This document shows, piece after piece, positions 25,049 through 31,820 of a DNA stretch of 44,585 bases. Source of the DNA: an uncultured Candidatus Saccharibacteria bacterium (GTDB lineage Bacteria > Patescibacteriota > Minisyncoccia > Phycocordibacterales > UBA918). The DNA lies in contig CAYRMU010000002.1 of assembly GCA_964425655.1 (NCBI GenBank), positions 1 to 44,585 on the forward strand, in the 5' to 3' direction. The position numbers and the translations under genes were made by a program. Positions within the stretch are counted from its first letter, which is position 1. Each line of letters begins with the position of its first letter. Below the pieces are notes generated by a model that made no database searches, was not told the origin of the DNA, and saw nothing but the letters and a program-made list of their open reading frames with translations.

Positions 25049-25531
25049 TTAAGCTGCTAGGAGTTCAGCCAAGTTTTGGAGTGCGGCTGTCAGTCCGGGC
25101 ACTACACCCATATCGATGGTCTTCTTCAATTCTTCTGGGTTGGCAAACGTAGTATGCATCACCACCTCCGTACCACCTTCAATACCCCGAAACGTAATCG
25201 TGAAATGCGCCGGGAGAAAGTCAGGACTCACGACACCAGCTTCGTCACAGAACTCGTCGGTCCCGCTAAATGACACACCTTCATCAACTGCCTCATAGTG
25301 CTGCATCCCATACGAACGCTCACCCTCAGGCCCGCACATACAGTAGTGCCAGTGCCCACCTACCTTAAAATCCATTGACTTCGTCTCACAGCGCCAGGGC
25401 TTTGGCGCCCACCACTTATCGAGCTCTTCACTTCGGGTAAAGGCAGCGAAGACAAACTTTGGTACAGCTGCAAATGTGACCGTCACCTTCATCTCACCCG
25501 TCGCTTCGTTTGTATCAAATATAGGATTCAT
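25049..25531 (-). CDS. SRPBCC superfamily protein (AHSA1/YndB-like)
   Basis: 160-aa ORF. KWWAPKPWRCETKSMDFKVGGHWHYCM.GPEGE and the length are typical of Activator-of-Hsp90-ATPase-homolog-like SRPBCC proteins. It has its own terminator. Confidence 0.7.
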   Translation of the reverse strand: MNPIFDTNEATGEMKVTVTFAAVPKFVFAAFTRSEELDKWWAPKPWRCETKSMDFKVGGHWHYCMCGPEGERSYGMQHYEAVDEGVSFSGTDEFCDEAGVVSPDFLPAHFTITFRGIEGGTEVVMHTTFANPEELKKTIDMGVVPGLTAALQNLAELLAA

Positions 25532-25537
25532 GCCAAA

Positions 25538-25543
25538 AGTATA
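25538..25543 (-). promoter_or_regulatory. -10 box (TATACT) 6 nt upstream of the SRPBCC ATG (leaderless configuration)
   Basis: The minus strand reads gggTATACTtttggcATG, shortly after the terminator at 25568-25599. Confidence 0.4.
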
Positions 25544-25567
25544 CCCGGGATTATTTCTGCTGTATAG

Positions 25568-25599
25568 AAAAAAGGCGAACGAGTGAACTCGTTCGCCTT
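25568..25599 (-). terminator. Terminator after the P-loop-CYTH gene
   Basis: AAGGCGAACGAG-tgaa-CTCGTTCGCCTT with a minus-strand T6 tail. Confidence 0.8.
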
Positions 25600-25602
25600 G
25601 CT

Positions 25603-26709
25603 TTAGGCGGCTACCGCAGGGGCAGACATATCGAAGTTTGAGAACCCTTTTTCATGAGTTATCTCACGTTCAATCTGCAAGAACGGCGGCAAATCAATCG
25701 ATGTCTCCATATCGCTACGCGCTACCTCAATCTCAAGGTGCACTTCACTCGGCCGACGACCGGTATGGAACACATCAAGCTCACAGTAGTGCCCGTCGTA
25801 GACGAAGCAATGCCGCGTCTTATGAATATCAACCCGGCGATAATCACGCCGGATCAAATAGTTATCATACTCGGACCGAGTCAGGATACGCTCACGCTCA
25901 ACGGAGACCCCGGCTGCCACATACTCCTTGACGGTATGCGAGTAGACCCAGTAGTTGTTCTGGCCTCGCGCACGCACACGCTCAGTCTTGCCGGACACCC
26001 CGACCAGATACGTCTGCACAATATCGCACGGCACCGCATGTGAGGGTAGTTGCGACACGCTGAAGTTACCGACCAGAAACTTACGCTCCGCTTCAAGTGG
26101 CTCAGGCTCACCGAGGAGTCGTGCCAGAGCACCGACCGCCCGGTTGATTTTGCCGGAGAATGGTTCGCCCGGTTCATTCTTGATAACAATCATATGCGGC
26201 GTACCAACCCAGGCGTGCAACGTGCGGTCATCAAGCAGTTTTGCTTCTTCAAGTGTTTCGTACCGCGTCTCATTGGAAGCGGCGTTGTAAAACTGCTCAG
26301 CCCCATTGGCGGCACTGCGCATATAGATGACACCGTCGTAGCGCTCATCGCGAACCTGCTCAAAGCGCAAACCATGCTCGTGCAGGTAGCTTTGCAACTG
26401 CTCCATGCCCGTATAGGCCAACTGATCACAGACCCCGCGATCAGCAATCATCACCGGTTTCAGGCCATCGGCCTGCAGCCGTTTGGCGGCGTTGTGGTAC
26501 ATCGCTTCGTGATAGAGCACGTGCTCCAGCACCGCGGGTTGAAACTCCGGCCGCAGCTGACTGAAACCTGCTCGCATGAGTGACGTGGCGGCTTCGGGAA
26601 CAAAAATTGGGGAATACCCCCGCTCCAAAAGCCATTCACGCATACCAGCTTGCGCGGTGGTTTTTCCTGCACACGGGCCACCGGTGAGGACGATTCTGGG
26701 TATATTCAC
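25603..26709 (-). CDS. Fusion of a P-loop NTPase/kinase-like domain (AAA_28-like) and a CYTH (triphosphate tunnel metalloenzyme) domain
   Basis: 368-aa ORF. The GTG start has a GGAG SD 7 nt upstream. The N-terminus IVLTGGPCAGKTT is a Walker A motif. The C-terminal half starts with the CYTH ExExK motif (EAERKFLV) and ends with KTRHCFVYDGHYCELDVF......VHLEIEV. Confidence 0.7.
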   Translation of the reverse strand: MNIPRIVLTGGPCAGKTTAQAGMREWLLERGYSPIFVPEAATSLMRAGFSQLRPEFQPAVLEHVLYHEAMYHNAAKRLQADGLKPVMIADRGVCDQLAYTGMEQLQSYLHEHGLRFEQVRDERYDGVIYMRSAANGAEQFYNAASNETRYETLEEAKLLDDRTLHAWVGTPHMIVIKNEPGEPFSGKINRAVGALARLLGEPEPLEAERKFLVGNFSVSQLPSHAVPCDIVQTYLVGVSGKTERVRARGQNNYWVYSHTVKEYVAAGVSVERERILTRSEYDNYLIRRDYRRVDIHKTRHCFVYDGHYCELDVFHTGRRPSEVHLEIEVARSDMETSIDLPPFLQIEREITHEKGFSNFDMSAPAVAA

Positions 26710-26852
26710 GACAATACTCCTTTGTCAGAGAACAGTTTCTACCAACCCCGAACATACCATAGGCAGGATTGATTGCAACTACGAAAAAACACTAGTAATT
26801 TAGAAAAAGTAGCGTACTATACGGCCCGCCACGAAGTATAAGGAGTATGTGG

Positions 26853-27359
26853 ATGGAAAAGACGTTGACCCTCATCGGAAACATGATGTTTGGACTACGG
26901 TTCGTCATGTCGGTGTTCTATCTCGGCTTGGTATTGGTCATCATGACCGTATTGTGGAAATTTTGCGGAGAAGTGTTCTCGATTCTCTCTCCTGCAAAAA
27001 TAGCCAGCTTGTCCAAGATGGACATGATTATCAAGGTGCTTGAACTGGTTGATATGACCATGGTCGCCCAGCTCGTCTGGGTTGTAGCGCTCGCCGGTTT
27101 CTCGCTCTTTGTAACTGCTGCTCACTTTGAAGGTGACACAATCAAAAAGCCCGATTGGCTTGACCACGTCAACACCTACAACCTAAAGTTGAAGCTCGCT
27201 TTTGCGGTCATCTCTATCTCAGGGGTCCATGCACTGAAAACCTACCTCAAAGGTGGTGTCACCATGGACATGTTGGCTGTCGCAAGCGTACACTTCATCT
27301 TTGTTCTTTCCGCCGTCGGCATTGCGTATGCCGAACGCCTCGCCCACAAAAGTCACTAA
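26853..27359 (+). CDS. yqhA: UPF0114/YqhA family membrane protein
   Basis: I chose the second ATG (26853), which lies 7 nt after the AGGAG SD. LVDMTMV, VISISGVHAL, HFIFVLSA and the C-terminal RLAHKSH are colinear with E. coli YqhA as I recall it. A terminator follows. Confidence 0.8.
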   Translation: MEKTLTLIGNMMFGLRFVMSVFYLGLVLVIMTVLWKFCGEVFSILSPAKIASLSKMDMIIKVLELVDMTMVAQLVWVVALAGFSLFVTAAHFEGDTIKKPDWLDHVNTYNLKLKLAFAVISISGVHALKTYLKGGVTMDMLAVASVHFIFVLSAVGIAYAERLAHKSH

Positions 27360-27383
27360 GAAGCACCCAATATAAAAAAACCA

Positions 27384-27417
27384 AACACTCGAACCCAAAG
27401 GGTCCGAGTGTTTTTTA
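27384..27417 (+). terminator. Terminator after yqhA
   Basis: AACACTCG..ACC-caaag-GGT.CGAGTGTT followed by TTTTTT. Confidence 0.7.
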
Positions 27418-27604
27418 TAACGCTCGGAATAAATTATATATACACGGTAACCGAGATTTTCTAAAGCAGACAAGGCAAAAGGCCGGAAAATTTGCGGAAC
27501 TACACACGGTGGTAACTCCCATTTTCAGATGCTCCACCAGGGCATACCCATTTTTATAGTCGCTTCCACTCCTTAAAAATTAGATAAAGTATAAGGCGAA
27601 TAAG

Positions 27605-27630
27605 AAAAAAGACCCTCTCGGGTCATTTTT
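27605..27630 (-). terminator. Short terminator about 125 nt downstream of rpsG
   Basis: A6 - GACCC-tctc-GGGTC - aT5. The stem is only 5 bp. Confidence 0.45.
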
Positions 27631-27754
27631 CTAAAACTTTCACAAATTGAATGCAGGGCGAGGCGCGACGAGAAAATATTTTGAGGTGTACCTAGATGTA
27701 CATTGAAAAATATTTTCTTGGAAGCAACGAAGCCCAGCGTCAATTTTGGAAGTT

Positions 27755-28228
27755 TTACCAGGCGAAGTGGGCGAAAGCTCGGTTAGCCTCAGCCATCTTG
27801 TGCGTATCTTCCTTCTTCTTCACGGCTGCACCTTCTTCACGCGCTGCGAGCATGAGCTCTGAAGCCAACGCCTTGTGCATTGGCACACCCTTTTGGTTGC
27901 GCGCACCGTTGATAATCCAACGAAGGGCAAGGGCATGTCGTCGCTCTGGGCGAACTTCACGTGGTACCTGGTAGTTAGCTCCACCTACGCGGCGTGAGCG
28001 AACTTCCATTTGTGGACCAGCATTGCGGAGCGCTGTGTTGAAGATTTCGAGTGGGTCGCCACCGTGCTCCTTCGCATTCTTGATTTCCTCGAATGCGCCG
28101 TACACGATTTTGCGGGCGGTCTCCTTTTGACCACGGAGCATGATGTAGTTCACCAAGCGTTCAACTTCTGTTGAACCAAAGCGCACATCAGGCTTTACAA
28201 CGGGTCGGTTTTTAATTGGTCGTCGCAT
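27755..28228 (-). CDS. rpsG: 30S ribosomal protein uS7
   Basis: 157-aa ORF. P...PD..F.S..V.RLVNYIM..G.K..A..IVY and [17 protein letters not shown] matches uS7. Confidence 0.95.
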   Translation of the reverse strand: MRRPIKNRPVVKPDVRFGSTEVERLVNYIMLRGQKETARKIVYGAFEEIKNAKEHGGDPLEIFNTALRNAGPQMEVRSRRVGGANYQVPREVRPERRHALALRWIINGARNQKGVPMHKALASELMLAAREEGAAVKKKEDTHKMAEANRAFAHFAW

Positions 28229-28400
28229 AATGTTGTTATTAATGCGAATGAGAAATATGACAAAATCATTTTTTCATTCTTCGCATAATGGTCTTTCATA
28301 CCGTATGTATGATTACCAATCGATAATCTGTAGCGAATATAAACTATTGTAATTGTAGGATTCGCGTCCTACCTGTGCTTGCGCACAACTCAACTGAGGA

Positions 28401-28811
28401 CTACGCCTTTGGTCGCTTTGCGCCGTAGCGTGAGCGGCCTCGTCGGCGCTTGTCTACGCCAGTTGAGTCGTACTTACCGCGGACGATAGTGTAGTTAACA
28501 CCGATGTCCTTCACGCGACCACCACGTACGAGTACTACTGAGTGCTCCTGCAAGTTGTGGCCGATACCTGGAATGTAGGCGGTGATTTCCTGACCGTTTG
28601 AAAGGCGTACACGAGCAATCTTTCGAATCGCTGAGTTCGGCTTACGTGGGGTCTTGGTAGTCACGCGTGTACATACACCACGCTTAAATGGTGAATTGTA
28701 TCGGTTGGGTGAATTCGTAATCGAATTGAACCCTCCCTGCAAAGCACCAGTGTTAGACTTAGTGACTTTGTCGCGTCGGTTCTTCTTTGCTAATTGATTG
28801 ATTGTTGCCAT
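28401..28811 (-). CDS. rpsL: 30S ribosomal protein uS12
   Basis: 136-aa [51 protein letters not shown] is the uS12 signature. Confidence 0.96.
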   Translation of the reverse strand: MATINQLAKKNRRDKVTKSNTGALQGGFNSITNSPNRYNSPFKRGVCTRVTTKTPRKPNSAIRKIARVRLSNGQEITAYIPGIGHNLQEHSVVLVRGGRVKDIGVNYTIVRGKYDSTGVDKRRRGRSRYGAKRPKA

Positions 28812-28913
28812 AAGATAGCTGGGTCAGGATACTACAAATCCAATATTTTGCAATGTTTTCGGCCGTTCGAGTGTGCTCTCAGGGACGCACCCACTGGTTG
28901 TATAGACGCAACC

Positions 28914-29549
28914 TTAGAAAATGCGACCGGTAAGGAGGGTAAAGAACTCGCCCACAAATATGCTAAATGGCGCTGCGAGGACATAGATAAAGAGAAATAG
29001 CGTAGCAAACGCAGCAAATAAGCCGTAACTTTCAACTGTGTAGAGGAATTGCTGGTAGGCTCGAGCTGCGTTAAAAGGCAGGAGCGCCTTCAAAATCTTC
29101 GAACCATCAAGCGGTGGGAGCGGCAACAGGTTGAAACACATCAAGAGCAGGTTGATGTACACAATGTATTCAAGGATTGAAATCATTGGCAAAGTAAGTG
29201 CCAGAGGGTCAGCGGCGCGCAAAACAAGCGCAAAAATAAGGGCAATCAGCAGGTTTACGGCCGGACCAGCCGCTGCCACCATGGCCTCACCCCACTTCTG
29301 GTTGCGGAGGTTGTACGGGTTATACGGTACTGGCTTTGCCCAACCGAACAAAAACCCCGTATTCCCCAGAATCATCAAGGCCGGCAAGATAATTGAGCCG
29401 AGGAGATCAATGTGAACGATTGGATTGAGGGATAAACGCCCCTGAAGCCTCGCCGTTGGGTCACCGAGCCAATTAGCGGCATGGCCATGGGCCACTTCGT
29501 GAATAACGATTGAAATAATGAGGACAGCAATCAGTAACAGTTGTTCCAT
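28914..29549 (-). CDS. Site-2 protease family (peptidase M50) membrane metalloprotease
   Basis: 211-aa ORF. HEVAHGHAANWLGDPTA...GRLSLNPIVHIDLLGS is the typical M50B N-terminal region with the HExxH motif. It is polytopic. Confidence 0.85.
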   Translation of the reverse strand: MEQLLLIAVLIISIVIHEVAHGHAANWLGDPTARLQGRLSLNPIVHIDLLGSIILPALMILGNTGFLFGWAKPVPYNPYNLRNQKWGEAMVAAAGPAVNLLIALIFALVLRAADPLALTLPMISILEYIVYINLLLMCFNLLPLPPLDGSKILKALLPFNAARAYQQFLYTVESYGLFAAFATLFLFIYVLAAPFSIFVGEFFTLLTGRIF

Positions 29550-29685
29550 ATGGGGTCTAGCATAGCATATGAACTAAACCCGGTCAGGTGCGTGCCCTTC
29601 TGCGATTATTGCCGTTTGAGAAGCCGGTAGAGTTGCATATTTGGCCTACTATGCTAGTATTGCCGGCACTAACTCATTTATAGGT

Positions 29686-29928
29686 ATGGCAAAGCAATGC
29701 GAAATCACGGGCAAGAAGACCCAAATCGGCGGACGCTACAGTAACCGCACTCGTGCGACACAGTTCAATCCGTGTGGCAAGGTTACTCGTCAGCCAAATC
29801 TCCAGAAGCGCCGTATCTTCGTTCCAGAACTCGATAAGCACGTAGTCGTTAAGGTTTCGACCAAGGGACTCCGCACGATTGCTAAGAACGGAGCCTACGC
29901 CACGCTGAAGGAAGCAAAACTTATCTAA
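29686..29928 (+). CDS. rpmB: 50S ribosomal protein bL28
   Basis: I set the start at the ATG at 29686 (MAKQCEITGKKTQIGGRYSNRTRATQ...). The track start is a TTG 15 codons upstream. A terminator lies at 29934-29965. Confidence 0.88.
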   Translation: MAKQCEITGKKTQIGGRYSNRTRATQFNPCGKVTRQPNLQKRRIFVPELDKHVVVKVSTKGLRTIAKNGAYATLKEAKLI

Positions 29929-29933
29929 GTTCT

Positions 29934-29965
29934 AAAAACCACGCAACAACCGTTGCGTGGTTTTT
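29934..29965 (+). terminator. Terminator after rpmB
   Basis: AAAACCACGCAAC-aacc-GTTGCGTGGTTTTT. Confidence 0.8.
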
Positions 29966-29986
29966 CGTTGCCTCGCTGCTACAAAG

Positions 29987-30018
29987 AAAAAAGGTGGTGC
30001 GTTCGCGCACCACCTTTT
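29987..30018 (-). terminator. Minus-strand terminator about 250 nt downstream of the ComEC-MBL gene
   Basis: GGTGGTGCG-ttcg-CGCACCACC. The minus strand continues with TTTTTT, the plus strand only with TTTT. Confidence 0.6.
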
Positions 30019-30268
30019 CGGAGTCTTTGTGCTACCACCCACAAAAATCCGATACATGAGATATGTGATTGCTTCCCTTGCTTACGCTACTTCCCGTCAG
30101 GGCTATTACTTCCGCTCTCAAGGTGCTTCTGTCTCGCACGTTGACCGAAAGATCACATTTGCCATGCATCTCATGACTGCATGTTGACGCCACAACGCTC
30201 CGTCAATAGCGAAGGAATTTTTTGCGGGAACGAACTGAACCAAATGGCAATATACTAGGAATTTAATA

Positions 30269-31153
30269 TCAGTCAAGCCAAATTGTGACACCGTCACTCA
30301 TAAATGTAATCGTGCCGCGTTCAGCCGTACTCACCGTTTCGACACCTGCATTAAATAGTGCGTCGGTAACCTCTACATGTGGGTGACCGTACCGACTATC
30401 CTTCTCAGCCGAAATAACTGCATACACTGGATTGACTGCAGCAAGAAAAAGTTCGGAGGTTGAGGTGCGCGAACCGTGGTGGCCCACTTTTAAAATATCA
30501 CTCTCAAGGCGATCTCCTTCCACCAAAACAAGATACTCCTCAATGCTCTTTGGCGAATCACCGGTTAGCATTACTTCCGTTTCACCGTAGGTTACCTTCG
30601 CAATAATCGAAGAGGTGTTACTTTCGAGGTCTTTTGGATTAGTCTCTGGAAAGAGCACTTCAAGAGTCACTCCTCCACCGAGATCGTATTGCTGCCCCCG
30701 TCGGGCAAAGGTCAGTACCGCTCCTTCACCTACAAGTCCTTGTGTGAAGGCAGTCGCAGCTGGACTATCACTCTCGTTTTCCGTGTAGAGCACTGAACCA
30801 ACCTCATAGCGTGCCAAGACATCCGCGAGGCCGCCCACGTGGTCGGTGTCAGGGTGCGTCGCAATCATGAGATCAATCGTACGATCAAAAAACGACATTA
30901 CCTTTCCGAGTTCGGTCAAGACGCCAGCGTCAGGTCCACCATCAATCAAAACCTGAACCCCAGTTGGACTCTCAATAAAGATGGCATCCCCTTGCCCAAC
31001 GTCGAGAAAGTGTACTTCAAGCAATGGTTCAGCCATACCAAGCGATGCCGGGAGAACAACCCGGTCATATGATGGCCACAGCCACACCAAAACTGCAGCA
31101 ACCGTAAGCATACACAAACTCATCAACCGCATCCGCACTACCGTATCTGGCAT
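30269..31153 (-). CDS. Stand-alone ComEC-type metallo-beta-lactamase domain protein with an N-terminal TM anchor
   Basis: 294-aa ORF. LDVGQGDAIFIE, ATHPDTDHVGG (the HxHxDH-type motif), LTGD and KVGHHGSRTS are the motifs of the C-terminal MBL domain of ComEC/Rec2. Confidence 0.8.
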   Translation of the reverse strand: MPDTVVRMRLMSLCMLTVAAVLVWLWPSYDRVVLPASLGMAEPLLEVHFLDVGQGDAIFIESPTGVQVLIDGGPDAGVLTELGKVMSFFDRTIDLMIATHPDTDHVGGLADVLARYEVGSVLYTENESDSPAATAFTQGLVGEGAVLTFARRGQQYDLGGGVTLEVLFPETNPKDLESNTSSIIAKVTYGETEVMLTGDSPKSIEEYLVLVEGDRLESDILKVGHHGSRTSTSELFLAAVNPVYAVISAEKDSRYGHPHVEVTDALFNAGVETVSTAERGTITFMSDGVTIWLD

Positions 31154-31201
31154 ATAGCATTATGATACACTGTGTGCACTAGCATTAATTAGCTACTGTA
31201 T

Positions 31202-31777
31202 ATGCATTACACACCAAAAACATTTACCCTCCCGGAACTTCACGGGATTTCTAAGGCGACAATTGAGGAGCACATTGGTCTCTACAATGGATACGTCAAG
31301 CACGCGAACCTGATTCGCGAGAAGATTGAAGCGTACAGCAGTGATCCGGAAAACAACAACTACGCCATCGGTGAAATGCAGCGCCGTTTTGGCTTTGAGT
31401 TTGGTGGTATGCGTAACCACGAGTACTACTTCGCCCAGTTTGAAGGTGGTCCATCAGCGCTCCCTGAAGGAACCCTGAAGTCTATGATTGAAGCACAGTG
31501 GGGTTCTGTTGAAGCATGGCAGAATCGCTTCAGGAGTGTCGCCATGACTCGCGGTGTTGGCTGGGCTATGCTCTACCTTGACCGCCAAAATAATCAGCTC
31601 ACCCTAACCTGGGTAGATGAGCAGCACCTCGGGCAACTGGCCGACCTCGACATCGTTCTTGCACTCGATATGTGGGAGCACTCATACATGCTCGACTACC
31701 CACCAAGTCAGAAGAAGTCCTACGTTGATGCTTTCTTCGCCAACCTCAACTGGGAAGTCGTCGCAGCTCGAATTTAA
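31202..31777 (+). CDS. Fe/Mn superoxide dismutase family protein (divergent N-terminal motif)
   Basis: 191-aa ORF. DMWEHSYMLDY matches the DxWEHAYY signature. Candidate metal ligands are the His in IEEHIGLY, the His in MRNHEYYF, and Asp and His in DMWEH. Confidence 0.72.
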   Translation: MHYTPKTFTLPELHGISKATIEEHIGLYNGYVKHANLIREKIEAYSSDPENNNYAIGEMQRRFGFEFGGMRNHEYYFAQFEGGPSALPEGTLKSMIEAQWGSVEAWQNRFRSVAMTRGVGWAMLYLDRQNNQLTLTWVDEQHLGQLADLDIVLALDMWEHSYMLDYPPSQKKSYVDAFFANLNWEVVAARI

Positions 31778-31820
31778 GTGAACATTTCCCAAGATGAAAG
31801 CCGACACCTGGTGTCGGCTT

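Noticed and set aside
27696-27974. 92-aa plus-strand ORF overlapping the 3' end of rpsG
   Set aside because: It is antisense to a certain ribosomal protein gene and starts in an AT-rich palindromic spacer. It has no supporting signals.
28229-28400. Unusually long (172 nt) rpsL-rpsG spacer with small hairpins and a ~35-codon ORF running into rpsG
   Set aside because: The ORF overlaps the rpsG start out of frame and has no SD. The hairpins are short and lack U-tracts. There is not enough evidence for a distinct element, and it is probably just an expanded spacer.
29953-30187. Two overlapping plus-strand ORFs (63 and 76 aa) after rpmB
   Set aside because: They start inside or after the rpmB terminator and run through a second hairpin. 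They lack SDs and have Cys/Arg-rich nonsense-like composition.
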